Source: Alphaproteobacteria bacterium (GTDB taxonomy: Bacteria > Pseudomonadota > Alphaproteobacteria > UBA828). From it: a DNA stretch of 64,000 bases. A program made the translations under genes and the position numbers. Below are positions 51,884 to 62,437 of this stretch, one piece after another. The DNA lies in NCBI GenBank assembly GCA_963422645.2, contig CAXXVO010000009.1, forward strand, positions 288,001 through 352,000, written 5' to 3'. How positions within the stretch are numbered: the stretch's first letter is position 1; every line of letters starts with the position of its first letter. Under the pieces are notes generated by a model, which had not been told where the DNA came from, did no database searches, and saw only the letters and a program-made list of their open reading frames with translations.

Positions 51884-53509
51884 ATGACCGGGACCCTTGC
51901 GCAGGGCCTTGCGGCGGCGTGCCGGGAGCGCGGCGTGCGCCGCGCCTTCGGCGTGCCGGGCGGGGCCAGCAGCCTCGACGTCATCGACGCATTCGCCGCC
52001 GAGGGCATCGACTTCGTGCTGACCCACGGCGAGACCTCCGCCACCCTGATGGCGGCCGTCACCGCCGAGCTCGGCGGCGCGCCCGGCGTGGTGGTGACGG
52101 GCGTGGGTCCCGGCGCGGCCAGCGCCGTCAACGGCATCGCTTACGCCGCGCTGGAGCGCGCGCCCGTGCTGCTCGTCACCGATGCGCTGGCGGAGGCGGC
52201 GCCGGGCCACCACGCGCTGCATCAGCGCTTCGATCAGCGCGCCCTCTTCGCGCCGCTGGTCAAGGGCTATGACAGGCCCGAGCCGGGCGACGGGCCGAAG
52301 GGGATCGACAGACTGCTCGACACGGCCATGGCCCACCCGGCGGGGCCGGTGCAGCTCGACCTCACGACAGCGGCCGCCACCGCGCCCGCCGCGGGCACCG
52401 CCGCACCCGCGGCCAAGAGCCGGAGGACGGCGAAGAAAGCGCCCAAGGACTTCGACCTGGTCGCGCTGGCCGAGGCGCGCGCGCTGCTCGCCAAGGCTCA
52501 GCGCCCGCTGATCGTCGCCGGCATGGAGGCGCGCGGCCGCGCGGCGAGCGCGGCACTCAGGGTGCTGGTGCGCTCGCTCGGCTGCCCGGTGATGACCACC
52601 TACAAGGCCAAGGGCGCCGTCGCGGACGCCGACCCGCTGGTGGTCGGGTGCTTCACCGGGGCCTCGGCCGACGCGCGCTGCCTCGACCGCGCCGACCTGC
52701 TGATCTTCTTCGGCCTCGATCCGATCGAGCTTCTCCCCGGCCGCTGGCGCTTCGAGGGGCCGATCCTCGCGCTGGCGGCCCACGACGGCTACGACTATCC
52801 GGCGACGCCGGCAGCGGCGCTGACCGGCCCCCTCGACCGTTCCGCCGTGGCGCTCATCGAAGACCCGCAGCCGGCGGGCTGGTCGGAGCTTGAGATCGCC
52901 GCGCTCCGCAGCCGCCTTCGCGCGGGCTTCGCGATGACCGGCCTGGGCCGGCGCACGGCTGAGGACGTGGTGAGCGCGGTGCGCCATGCAGCGCCTGCGC
53001 GGGCGCGGCTTACCGTCGATTCGGGCGCGCACATGTTCTCGGCCATGGGCCTCTGGCAAGCCGACGAGCCCAACGACGTGCTGAAGTCGAACGGGCTTTC
53101 CACCATGGGCTTTGCGCTGCCTGCGGCCGTTGCCGCAGCGCTGGAGGAGCCGACGCGCCCGGTGATCGCCATGACCGGCGACGGCGGCCTGCACATGTGC
53201 CTGGCCGAGCTTGCAACCGCCGCGCGACTCGGCTGCCGGATCGCGGTCGTGGTGTTCAACGATTCCGCGCTTTCGCTCATCGACATCAAGCAGCAACGGC
53301 AGCAGCGGGAGAGCCGAGGCGTGCGCTTCGGCACGATGGACCATGCCAAGGTTGCGGCGGGCCTGGGATGCTGGGGTTGGAGCGTGGGCGCCACCGATGC
53401 CCCGGCGCCGGTGCTGACGGAGGCGTTCGCGCACGACGGGCCGGTATTGGTCGACGTGACGGTCGATCCCGAGGCCTATAGCGCACAATATGAGGCGCTG
53501 CGCGGCTGA
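51884..53509 (+). CDS. TPP-binding protein (acetolactate synthase-like)
   Basis: FGVPGG, HGE, GPG, MGFALPAA, GDGG..N. Confidence 0.85.
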   Translation: MTGTLAQGLAAACRERGVRRAFGVPGGASSLDVIDAFAAEGIDFVLTHGETSATLMAAVTAELGGAPGVVVTGVGPGAASAVNGIAYAALERAPVLLVTDALAEAAPGHHALHQRFDQRALFAPLVKGYDRPEPGDGPKGIDRLLDTAMAHPAGPVQLDLTTAAATAPAAGTAAPAAKSRRTAKKAPKDFDLVALAEARALLAKAQRPLIVAGMEARGRAASAALRVLVRSLGCPVMTTYKAKGAVADADPLVVGCFTGASADARCLDRADLLIFFGLDPIELLPGRWRFEGPILALAAHDGYDYPATPAAALTGPLDRSAVALIEDPQPAGWSELEIAALRSRLRAGFAMTGLGRRTAEDVVSAVRHAAPARARLTVDSGAHMFSAMGLWQADEPNDVLKSNGLSTMGFALPAAVAAALEEPTRPVIAMTGDGGLHMCLAELATAARLGCRIAVVVFNDSALSLIDIKQQRQQRESRGVRFGTMDHAKVAAGLGCWGWSVGATDAPAPVLTEAFAHDGPVLVDVTVDPEAYSAQYEALRG

Positions 53510-53530
53510 GCGGCGCGTGAGGGAGCGGCC

Positions 53531-53956
53531 ATGCCGGAACAGGCGATGTCGGACGCAGACGCGGTGCTCGCCGCCAACCAGGAGTTCTACCGGGCCTTCT
53601 CCGCCCGCGACCTCGCGGCCATGGATACGCTCTGGGCCAGGGAGACGCAGGTCGCCTGCATCCATCCGGGCTGGGAGGCGCTGGTCGGGCGCGACATGGT
53701 GATGGAGAGCTGGGCCGCGATCCTCGGCGGCCCGGGCGCGCCGCAGATCCGCTGCGAGGCCCCGCGGGCGTTCGTCCTCGGCCCGAGCGCCTTCGTGATC
53801 TGTCGCGAGGTGCTGGAGCAGGGCCAGCTCATCGCCACCAATGTCTTCGCCCGCGAGCAGGACGGCTGGCGCATGGTCCACCACCAGGCCGGACCCGGCG
53901 GCCAACGCCAGCCCGCGCCGCCCCCGAGCGAGCGCCCGCCGGGCCCGCTGCACTGA
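53531..53956 (+). CDS. NTF2/SnoaL-like protein
   Basis: AN..FY.AF...D..AM..LW, CIHPGW, ATNVF, WRMVHH. Confidence 0.85.
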   Translation: MPEQAMSDADAVLAANQEFYRAFSARDLAAMDTLWARETQVACIHPGWEALVGRDMVMESWAAILGGPGAPQIRCEAPRAFVLGPSAFVICREVLEQGQLIATNVFAREQDGWRMVHHQAGPGGQRQPAPPPSERPPGPLH

Positions 53957-54023
53957 CCGGACTGCATCGGACGATGCCGCCCGCTATCCCTGCCTGCCGA
54001 ACCGAGACACGGAGAGCCCTGAG

Positions 54024-55085
54024 ATGAAATCACGATCCGCCATCATGACTGCCCCCGGCGAGCCGCTGACAATCGACGAAATCGACGTGCCGGACCCCGG
54101 TCCCAATCAGGTCATCGTCAAGCAGACGGCCAGCGGCATCTGCGCCTCGCAGATCCACGAGCTGACTCTGATTCCGGAGGAGGGCTGCCCCTGCGTGCTC
54201 GGCCACGAGGGCGTCGGCGTGGTTACCCATGTGGGCAAGGATGTCACCCACCTGAAGGAAGGCGACTGGGCGATCACGACCTGGGTCCCCCGAGGGGGCT
54301 TCCCGGGCCGGGAATTCATCGAAGGCCTTGCACCGATCGGGACGTCCTTTCGGGACAAGGCGATAGACGGGCCGATCGGCACCTTTACCGAGCATTGCCT
54401 GGCCAGCGACCAGCTGGCGGTCAAGGTTGCGCCCGAACTCGCCACCCCGGAGAGCAGCATCGTCGGCTGCGCCGTGCTCACCGGCGGCGGCGCGGTGCTA
54501 CACACCGCCAAGGTGCGGACCGAGGAATCCGTGGTCGTGGTCGGCGCCGGCGGTATCGGCCTCTGCGCCCTCAAGATGGCGTCACTGCTGCAGGCCTACC
54601 CCGTCATCGCCGTGGACCTGGACGATGAAAAGCTGGAGTTCGCCAAGCAATGGGGGGCGACCCACACGGTGAACGCCAGCAAGGTCGATCCGATCGCAGC
54701 GGTGTGGGACATCACCGGCAAGGGCGCCGACTACGCCTTCGACGCGGTGGGGACGGTGCCCACCCACGAGCAGATTCTCGACATGGTGCGGGGCGGCGGC
54801 CCGGGCGCCGACAACCTGGGCGGCATGGCGGTCATGATCGGCTGGCCACAGAAGGAGTTCAAGCTCAACGGCGAGCACTTCGTCTTTCACCAGCGCCAGT
54901 ACCGGGGCAGCCACGGCTCGTCCATACCGGACGAGGACTTTCCCATGTACCTGCGTCTCTCCAGCGAGGGCAAGTTTCCGATGGACAAGCTGGTGACGCG
55001 CAGCTACGGCCTCGAGCAGATGAACGACGCCCTCGACGATCTCAGGGAGGGCCGCATTATCGGGCGCTCCATCGTCCGCTTCTAG
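54024..55085 (+). CDS. Zn-binding dehydrogenase (MDR family)
   Basis: GICASQ, GHEG.G.V..VG, GCAVLTG, GAGGIG. Confidence 0.85.
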   Translation: MKSRSAIMTAPGEPLTIDEIDVPDPGPNQVIVKQTASGICASQIHELTLIPEEGCPCVLGHEGVGVVTHVGKDVTHLKEGDWAITTWVPRGGFPGREFIEGLAPIGTSFRDKAIDGPIGTFTEHCLASDQLAVKVAPELATPESSIVGCAVLTGGGAVLHTAKVRTEESVVVVGAGGIGLCALKMASLLQAYPVIAVDLDDEKLEFAKQWGATHTVNASKVDPIAAVWDITGKGADYAFDAVGTVPTHEQILDMVRGGGPGADNLGGMAVMIGWPQKEFKLNGEHFVFHQRQYRGSHGSSIPDEDFPMYLRLSSEGKFPMDKLVTRSYGLEQMNDALDDLREGRIIGRSIVRF

Positions 55086-55156
55086 CCGGCACTTCCCATA
55101 AGGGTGAAGGTCTCAGCGGCGTTCTGGCCGGCGCCGGTCTGGTGTATCGTGCCGCC

Positions 55157-56473
55157 ATGAGCCTGAACACGCCGAGCCCGACCTTCCCCGCCATCGCGCT
55201 GCCGCAGTTTGAGAACGAGCCGCTGCCGCAGGTAGTGCCGGTGGCGCTGCGCCACCCGGTCGTGCCGGCGCTTCCCGATGTCGCCGCCGCCACGCGCGCC
55301 GCGCTCGATGCCTCGCGGCAGCTCACCACGCTCGCGGCCGGCGCCCGCGTGGCGATCACCTGCGGCAGCCGGGGCATCAAGAGCAAACCGGCGGTGGTCA
55401 AGGCGGCGGTCGCCTGGCTCAAGGGGCGCGGGCTCGACCCCTTCATCGTGCCCACGATGGGCAGCCACGCCGGTGCGGTCGCCTCGGGCCAGGTGTCGCT
55501 GCTGGCCGAGCTCGGCTTCACCGAAGAGGCCATGGGCTGCCCCATCGAGGCCAGCATGGAAGTGGTCAGGCTGAGCGAGACGAGCGCGGGCATCGCGGTT
55601 CATTTCGACCGCCGCGCCTTCGAAGCCGACGCGGTGCTCGTGGTGGGCCGGGTCAAGTCCCACACCTCCTTCGACCGCGAGGTCGAGAGCGGGCTCACCA
55701 AGATGGTCGCCATCGGCCTCGGCAAGGCGGAAGGCGCGCGCTTCGTGCATCGCCTCGGCGTGCGCGGCTACATGGAGGTGCTGCCCGAATGGGCTGCAAT
55801 CGCCATCCGCGAGGCCCCGGTCGCCTACGGCATCGCCATCGTCGAGAACGCCGAGCGCGAGGCGGCGGTGATCGAAGGCGCCGAGCCGGAGGACTTCTAC
55901 GAGACCGACGCCCGCCTGCTGAAGACCGCCAAGGGCTGCATCCCCAGGCTGCCCTTCGAGCAGATCGACGTGCTCGCGGTGGAGCGGATGGGCAAGAACA
56001 TCTCCGGCACCGGCATGGACCCGGCGGTCACCGCGCGCTTCGACATCCGCGGGCGCCCGAACCCGCCGGCGCCGATGATCAGCAAGCTGGTGGCGCTGGG
56101 GCTGACGCCGGAGACCCACGGCAACGGCCTCGGCGTCGGCAACGCCGACTACACGACCAAGGAGGTCGCCGACAGCCTCGACCTCTACGCCATGTACATG
56201 AACGCCTGCACGGCGACCTTCACCGAGCGGGTGCGGATCCCCGCCGTGCTCGCGACCGACAAGGCGGCGCTGCAGGCCGCGGTCGGCACAAGCTGGCATC
56301 TCGACGGCGCAGACGCGCGGCTCTGCCTGATCCGCTCCACCCTGCACCTGGAGACGGTCCTGGTCTCGCCGCCGCTCGCGGCCGAGCTCAACGGGGCGGG
56401 CGAGGTGCTGGGCGAGGCCGAGGCGCTCCGCTTCGACGATGCGGGCCGCCTGCTGACCCGCTGCCCGGTGTGA
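55157..56473 (+). CDS. Lactate racemase (LarA)-domain / DUF362-like protein
   Basis: GSRGI, PTMGSHAG, RVKSHT, GL.KM..IGLGK, GKNISGTGMD. Confidence 0.72.
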   Translation: MSLNTPSPTFPAIALPQFENEPLPQVVPVALRHPVVPALPDVAAATRAALDASRQLTTLAAGARVAITCGSRGIKSKPAVVKAAVAWLKGRGLDPFIVPTMGSHAGAVASGQVSLLAELGFTEEAMGCPIEASMEVVRLSETSAGIAVHFDRRAFEADAVLVVGRVKSHTSFDREVESGLTKMVAIGLGKAEGARFVHRLGVRGYMEVLPEWAAIAIREAPVAYGIAIVENAEREAAVIEGAEPEDFYETDARLLKTAKGCIPRLPFEQIDVLAVERMGKNISGTGMDPAVTARFDIRGRPNPPAPMISKLVALGLTPETHGNGLGVGNADYTTKEVADSLDLYAMYMNACTATFTERVRIPAVLATDKAALQAAVGTSWHLDGADARLCLIRSTLHLETVLVSPPLAAELNGAGEVLGEAEALRFDDAGRLLTRCPV

Positions 56474-56488
56474 GGGCGTGAGGGCGTC

Positions 56489-57052
56489 GTGCGCGGCGGC
56501 ATAGTTATCGCGCTGGCCATAGCCGGGGTGCTGGCCGCCTGCATACCGAGAGGCACGCCGCTGACCCCTGAAGAGGCCCGGGTGGTGCAGGCGAGCCTGG
56601 TCCAGATGGAAGCGCAGGTGACCCAGCAGCTGCGGGACACCCTGGAGGCGCGCGGCATCCGCCCAGCAACGGCCGAGGAGGTCGTCGCCCGGCTTAGGGG
56701 CAACACCACCTCCATGTCGGGCGGGGGCGGCACCTTCGTGACCCACTATCTCGCCGATGGAACGATCAAGACCCAGCTCACGACCCTGAAGGGAGAATAC
56801 CGCTCGGACGGCACGTGGACCGTGGACGAGGATGGCGTCCGCTGCGTCACCGTCGACGAGCTGCGCAAGCGCCGCGGGTACGACCACTATGACGGCCCGC
56901 GCTATTCGGGCAGATGGGCCACGGTGCACGAGACCAACTGCTACCAGGTCTACTTCGGGGGCGCGATCGAGTACTGGTTTCGGGTGAGCGGGCCGCACCA
57001 CCTCGACAGCGGGGAATCCGACATCGTCCAGGGGCGCGCGTTCTACCTGTAG
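56489..57052 (+). CDS. Hypothetical lipoprotein
   Basis: Lipobox LAAC after a hydrophobic stretch. Confidence 0.6.
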   Translation: MRGGIVIALAIAGVLAACIPRGTPLTPEEARVVQASLVQMEAQVTQQLRDTLEARGIRPATAEEVVARLRGNTTSMSGGGGTFVTHYLADGTIKTQLTTLKGEYRSDGTWTVDEDGVRCVTVDELRKRRGYDHYDGPRYSGRWATVHETNCYQVYFGGAIEYWFRVSGPHHLDSGESDIVQGRAFYL

Positions 57053-57150
57053 AGGGCCCCGGCGGAGCAAGGAGAGGCCGGCGCCTGCGGACTCGCCGGC
57101 GGGCGGCCGCTATACTGCCGGCTTCGAATGACAAGGGGGGACGTTGGGCG

Positions 57151-58419
57151 ATGCAGCAGCGGAGCATCCCACTCGACGAGAGCATTCTCGAAGAGATCAG
57201 GAAGACACGCCGGGCCCTCGGCCAGGCGCGGCATCTGCCGGGCTTTCTCTACACATCGCCCGAGATCTTCGACTACGAGGTCGACACCATCTTCATGAAG
57301 GAGTGGCTCTGCATCGGCCGCGTGGAGGAGTTCGAGAGCGAAGGCGACTACCGGGCCATGCGGATCGCGGGCGAGCCCCTGCTGGTCTGCCGCGATGCGT
57401 CGGGCGCCCTCAACGCCTTCAACAACGTTTGCCAGCATCGGGGCGTCGAGGTGGCGACCGGCGAAGGCAACCTCAAGAGCTTCCGCTGCCCCTATCACTC
57501 CTGGGTCTACGACCTGGAGGGCAAGCTGCTCGGCGCGCCGCACACGAAGGAGGTCGAGGGCTTCGACTTCTCGACCTGCGCGCTGCAGCGGGTCAACCTC
57601 GACACCTGGGGCGGCTACATCTTCGTCAACTTCGACCCGGACTGCCCGAGCCTCGCCGACTATCTGGACGAGGACGGGATCAGGGAGTTCGCCGCGTTTC
57701 TCCAGCCCGAGAACACGCGGATGTCGGACAAGTACGTCTTCGACGTGCCCTGCAACTGGAAGTTCATCCCCGAGAACCTGATGGACATGTACCACGTGGG
57801 CGTGATCCACAAGGAAACCTTCGGCGGGCACTTCCCGGTCAACGACTTCCGCTTCAACCTCAAGAAGAAGGGCTACAACGCGGCCTACGAGAGCTTCACC
57901 ATGGCGCCGAAGGGGGTCACGCTCTTCGACACCATGCCGTGGCTCAGGGGCAAGGTGACGGACAAGTTCGCGTGCACCACCTGGATCCGGCCGACCATGA
58001 ACGTTTTCGGGCGGCACGATCTGATCCAGCCCTGGGTGGCGCTGCCGATCGACCACGCCACCACCCGGATTTTCATCTACACCCAGCTGCCCGACGCCTA
58101 CTTCGACGAGCCCGCCTTCGAAGAGAAGAACAAGATCTACGCCGACTTCATCCGCCTGGTCGCGAACGAGGACCGGGCGATGCTGGAATCGCTCCAGAAT
58201 GGGGTGGGCTCGCGCGCCTTCCGGCCGGGGCCGACGGTCAAGCTGGAGCGCGCGATTCACCACCTTCTCAACTACTATCTCGACAAGCTGTTGAGCGATG
58301 ACGACGAGGCCCGCGCCAGGCGCCACCAGGACGGCGAGGACGCCCTGCGCGAGAGCGCCTCGCGCAACAGGGAGCCGCGCGACGGCGGCTACACCGCGCT
58401 GGTGAGCGCGGCGGAATAG
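57151..58419 (+). CDS. Rieske non-heme iron oxygenase alpha subunit
   Basis: CQHRG, CPYHSW, NWK...EN..D.YH....H, NED. Confidence 0.92.
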   Translation: MQQRSIPLDESILEEIRKTRRALGQARHLPGFLYTSPEIFDYEVDTIFMKEWLCIGRVEEFESEGDYRAMRIAGEPLLVCRDASGALNAFNNVCQHRGVEVATGEGNLKSFRCPYHSWVYDLEGKLLGAPHTKEVEGFDFSTCALQRVNLDTWGGYIFVNFDPDCPSLADYLDEDGIREFAAFLQPENTRMSDKYVFDVPCNWKFIPENLMDMYHVGVIHKETFGGHFPVNDFRFNLKKKGYNAAYESFTMAPKGVTLFDTMPWLRGKVTDKFACTTWIRPTMNVFGRHDLIQPWVALPIDHATTRIFIYTQLPDAYFDEPAFEEKNKIYADFIRLVANEDRAMLESLQNGVGSRAFRPGPTVKLERAIHHLLNYYLDKLLSDDDEARARRHQDGEDALRESASRNREPRDGGYTALVSAAE

Positions 58420-58430
58420 GAGCCGGACTC

Positions 58431-59471
58431 ATGGGCACACAGCAGGATCAGACACGACTGACGGAGTTGTTCCGCAAGAATCTCGAGCTCTGCGAGGTGG
58501 GGCCGGGCGAGACGGTCGCCGTCCTCTCGGAAGGCGACCAGCTCGGGAACTACAGGGAGGCGTCGCTCGCGGCCGCGCGCGACCTCGGCGCCGACGTGGC
58601 CGACGTGCACCTCCCCTCGGAGGGTGCGGAGGACCCGGCGGTCAGGATCGCCAACATCGGGCAGAACGCGCTGAGCAAGCACCCGGAGGCGATGCAGACC
58701 TGCAAGGACGCCGACATGGTGCTGGACCACATGCTCCTGCTTTTCTCCCATGAGCAGATCGCGATGCAGGAGGCGGGCTCGCGCATCCTGCTCATCGTCG
58801 AGCCCGTGGAGATTCTGGAGCGCCTGTTCCCGACCGCCGAGATGCGCGCACGCGTCGAGGCCGGGGAGCGGCGGATGCGGGCGGCGCAGAACCTGCGCTT
58901 CACCAACGACGCCGGCACCGACGTCACCTACACGCTCGGCGACAAGTTCATCCTGACGGAATACGGCTTCACCACCGAGCCCGGCCGTTGGGACCATTGG
59001 CCGGGGGGCTTCCTCGCGACGCTCGCGGCCGAGCGCGGCGTGAACGGGCGAGTGGTGATGGAGGCGGACGATATCGTCTTCCCGCTGCGCGAGTTCACCG
59101 GCGAGCGCATCGCCTTCGATATCGAGGGCGGCATGGTGACGGGGATCTCGGGCGGCGCCCGCGCCGACAACCTGCGCGGCTTCATCGAGGGCTACAACGA
59201 CCCGCGAGCCTACGCGGTCTCGCACATCGGCTGGGGGCTGAACCATCACTGCATCTGGCGGCCCGACCTGCCGGGCATCGGCATGGACGGCCGCGCGCAC
59301 TACGGCAACGTGCTCTTCTCGCTCGGCCCCGACACCGAGTTCGGCGGCGAGAACGACACTCCCTGCCACCTCGACCTGCCGATGCAGGGCTGCTCGCTCT
59401 GGCTCGACGACGAGCTGATCGTGGAGAAGGGCGCGGTGGTGCCGGAGGACATGCGGGCACCCGCTCACTGA
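58431..59471 (+). CDS. 2,5-dihydroxypyridine 5,6-dioxygenase (NicX)-like protein
   Basis: GRWDHWPGGF, SHIGWGLN, GN.LFSLGP, CHLD. Confidence 0.75.
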   Translation: MGTQQDQTRLTELFRKNLELCEVGPGETVAVLSEGDQLGNYREASLAAARDLGADVADVHLPSEGAEDPAVRIANIGQNALSKHPEAMQTCKDADMVLDHMLLLFSHEQIAMQEAGSRILLIVEPVEILERLFPTAEMRARVEAGERRMRAAQNLRFTNDAGTDVTYTLGDKFILTEYGFTTEPGRWDHWPGGFLATLAAERGVNGRVVMEADDIVFPLREFTGERIAFDIEGGMVTGISGGARADNLRGFIEGYNDPRAYAVSHIGWGLNHHCIWRPDLPGIGMDGRAHYGNVLFSLGPDTEFGGENDTPCHLDLPMQGCSLWLDDELIVEKGAVVPEDMRAPAH

Positions 59472-59616
59472 TCGCTCGAAGGGGGGGTAAAGGGCATTTG
59501 CGCTTTCGTCGCTGGCCCGTAATATGCCCGCCACACGGAGACGTGGTGGCATGGGCGCCGGTGAATTTACCGGCGCCCTCGCCGATATGGGTCCATGATC
59601 AGAGGGAGAAACGACC

Positions 59617-60795
59617 ATGTGGAAACTGACTCTAGGCGCCGCCGTTGCGGCAGGCATGGCCATGACCGGCTTTGCCGCGTCCGACGCGCAGGCCCAGGAC
59701 GACGGCGTCTGGTGGCCGGCCAAAGTTGAGATTTACAACCCGGCCTGCACCGACGGCGACCCGGCGTGCTGGACCGATCCCGCCAACCAGAGCCTCGAGG
59801 TCGTGGACTACGTGCCGCTGATGCCGGATGAGGTGGACGCGAAGCACCATATCTGCGTGTCCTTCCCCCACCTCGTGGACTCCTACTGGGTCGGCGCGGC
59901 CTACGGGATCATCGAGGAAGGCAAGCGCCTCGGCCAGAAGATCTCCCTGATCGAAGCCGGCGGCTACGACAGGCTGGAGAAGCAGCTCTCGCAGGTCGAG
60001 GACTGTATCGCGAACGGCGCCGAGATCCTCGTGCTCTCCGCGATTTCCGGCGAGGGCAACATCAAGCAGGTCAACGAGCTGCGCGCCAGGGGCATCAAGA
60101 TTGTCGACCTGATCAACGGGATCAACACCGAGGTCGATGCCAAGTCGCTCGAGAGCTACTACAGTATGGGCCGCATCGCCTGTAAGTGGATCGCCGATCA
60201 ACACCCCGCTGGCAGTGGCGTGGTCAAGCTGGCCTGGTTCCCGGGCCCGCCCGGAGCCAGCTGGTCAGTGGCCGGCAATCAGGGCTGCCACGACGCGGTC
60301 GTCGGCTCCGACGCCGAGATCATCTCGACCAAGTGGGCCCAGACCAGCAAGGAGGCCCAGCTCAGCCTCGTCGAGAACGTGATCCAGGCGCAGACCTCGG
60401 GCAGCGATGTCGATCTCGACTACATCGTTGGCGTGGCGCCGGCGGTGGAGAGCGGCATGGCCGCGCTCCGCGACCTGGGCCTGCAGGACGAGATCAAGCT
60501 CGTCTCCTACTACTACACGCCCGGCATGCATCAGTTCGTCGGCCGCGGCAGCGTCGCCATGGCACCGACCGACCAGATGATCATCCAGGCGCGGATCTCC
60601 ATCGACCAGGCGGTCCGCCTGCTCGAGGGCAAGCCGTCGGCGACCGGCGGACGGCCCGAGTTCAACGACACCGGCCGGATGATCGAGCATGTGCAGCCGG
60701 TTGCGGCGATGGTGACGCCGGAGAACCACGCGGACTTCGACACCACCACGACGCTCGCGCCGCAGGGCTGGACGCCCGTGTTCAGCACCGACTAA
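59617..60795 (+). CDS. TorT-like periplasmic binding protein
   Basis: ICVSFPHL.DSYW....YG..EE.KRLG, EAGGY, WFPGP. Confidence 0.75.
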   Translation: MWKLTLGAAVAAGMAMTGFAASDAQAQDDGVWWPAKVEIYNPACTDGDPACWTDPANQSLEVVDYVPLMPDEVDAKHHICVSFPHLVDSYWVGAAYGIIEEGKRLGQKISLIEAGGYDRLEKQLSQVEDCIANGAEILVLSAISGEGNIKQVNELRARGIKIVDLINGINTEVDAKSLESYYSMGRIACKWIADQHPAGSGVVKLAWFPGPPGASWSVAGNQGCHDAVVGSDAEIISTKWAQTSKEAQLSLVENVIQAQTSGSDVDLDYIVGVAPAVESGMAALRDLGLQDEIKLVSYYYTPGMHQFVGRGSVAMAPTDQMIIQARISIDQAVRLLEGKPSATGGRPEFNDTGRMIEHVQPVAAMVTPENHADFDTTTTLAPQGWTPVFSTD

Positions 60796-60843
60796 GCCGT
60801 GCGTGCGTCCGACAAAGTACGAGACTGATGGAGGCCCATAGCA

Positions 60844-62421
60844 GTGGCAGAACCATCAGCCGCAGTATTTGAAGAGTCCCCGGAGCCTCTGAGCTCCGGG
60901 GACACCCTTCTCAGATTAGAAAATCTCTCGAAGCAGTTCCCCGGCACGCTGGCGCTGGACCGCGTCAATTTCGACGTGCAAGCGGGCGAGGTGCACGTTC
61001 TCTTCGGTGAGAACGGCGCGGGCAAGTCCACCCTGATCCAGATCGTCGCCGGCGTCCACCGTCCCTCCGGCGGAACCATCCACCTGCGCGGCAAGCCGAC
61101 CGTCATTCACTCGGTGCACCACGCGCGCCAGCTCGGCGTGAGCGCCGTGTTTCAGGAATTCTCGCTGGTGCCGCAGCTCACGGTCGAGGAGAACCTGTTC
61201 CTCGGCGACGAGCTGACGCGCGGGCCGCTGCTCAACAAGAGGGCGCTCGCCCGCCAGGCGCGCGAGACGCTGGACCGTCTGGGCTTCCCGCTCAGGCCGC
61301 GCGACGAGGTGATGTACCTCTCCCGCGCCGAGCAGCAGATGGTGGAGATCGCCAAGGCCTTCCGCACCCGGCCGAACATCATGATCTTCGACGAGCCGAC
61401 CGCCTCGCTCACGGAACGCGAGACCGACCGCCTCTTCGACCTGATCGAGCAGATCAAGGCCGACGGCATCGGCGTCATCTACATCACGCACCGGATGAAC
61501 GAGATCAAGCGGATCGGCGACCGCATTACCGTGCTGCGCGACGGGGTGCATATCGACACGATCCCCGTCGAGGAGGCGTCCGATCAGAAGCTCGTCGAGC
61601 TGATGACCGGGCGCGTCATCGAGCAGATCTTCCCGGATATCAAGTGCAACCCGGCCGAGACCTTGCTTGAGGTCGAGGGCCTCGTCACCGCCAAGCACTT
61701 CGTGAACGACGTCTCGATCAACGTGCGGCGCGGCGAGGTGGTCGGCCTCGCCGGCCTGGTGGGATCGGGCAAGTCCGACCTGGGCCGCGCCTGCTTCGGG
61801 CTCGAGCGGATCATGGCGGGCAAGATCACCTTCGACGGCGACGTCGTCTACGACCGGGCCAAGCACGTGAACAAGCTCGGGCCGCGCCGGATGCTCGACC
61901 GCGGCATTTACTACCTGCCCTCGGACCGTCGGCAAGAGGGCCTGATCATGATGCAGAACGTGCGGGAGAACGTGGCGCTGCCCTCGCTCGGGCTTAATAC
62001 CTTCTCGAACCTCCTCTTCCTGCGCCGGGCCAACGAGCGCAGGGTTGTGCGCGACATCGCGCAGAAGCTGGACCTGATGCCGCTCAACATCGAGCGCGAC
62101 CTCGAGCACTTCTCGGGCGGCAACCAGCAGAAGGTGCTGGTGGGCAAGTCGCTGGTGCGCGACGTCAAGCTCTTCGTCTTCGACGAGCCGACGGTGGGCG
62201 TCGACGTCGGCGCGCGCGTCGCGATCTACGAGTTCATTCGCGATCTCTGCGAGGCGGGTGCCGGTGTCCTCCTGATCTCCTCGGACCTGCCGGAAATTCT
62301 ACACCTGGTGCACCGCACCTACGTGATGTACCGCGGCGAACTGCGCGCCGAACTCGACCAGTCCGAAATCTCCGAAGAGACGGTGCTGCACCACTTCTTC
62401 GAGAAGGAGGATGAGGCGTGA
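60844..62421 (+). CDS. CUT2 sugar ABC ATPase (RbsA-like)
   Basis: GENGAGKST, DEPT, SGGNQQK; two NBDs. Confidence 0.92.
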   Translation: MAEPSAAVFEESPEPLSSGDTLLRLENLSKQFPGTLALDRVNFDVQAGEVHVLFGENGAGKSTLIQIVAGVHRPSGGTIHLRGKPTVIHSVHHARQLGVSAVFQEFSLVPQLTVEENLFLGDELTRGPLLNKRALARQARETLDRLGFPLRPRDEVMYLSRAEQQMVEIAKAFRTRPNIMIFDEPTASLTERETDRLFDLIEQIKADGIGVIYITHRMNEIKRIGDRITVLRDGVHIDTIPVEEASDQKLVELMTGRVIEQIFPDIKCNPAETLLEVEGLVTAKHFVNDVSINVRRGEVVGLAGLVGSGKSDLGRACFGLERIMAGKITFDGDVVYDRAKHVNKLGPRRMLDRGIYYLPSDRRQEGLIMMQNVRENVALPSLGLNTFSNLLFLRRANERRVVRDIAQKLDLMPLNIERDLEHFSGGNQQKVLVGKSLVRDVKLFVFDEPTVGVDVGARVAIYEFIRDLCEAGAGVLLISSDLPEILHLVHRTYVMYRGELRAELDQSEISEETVLHHFFEKEDEA

Positions 62422-62437
62422 TCCGGAGGGAGAATTA

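Noticed and set aside
51821-57070. Long antisense ORFs (710 aa, 662 aa and similar ones elsewhere)
   Set aside because: They are shadow ORFs of high-GC genes on the opposite strand with no recognisable motifs
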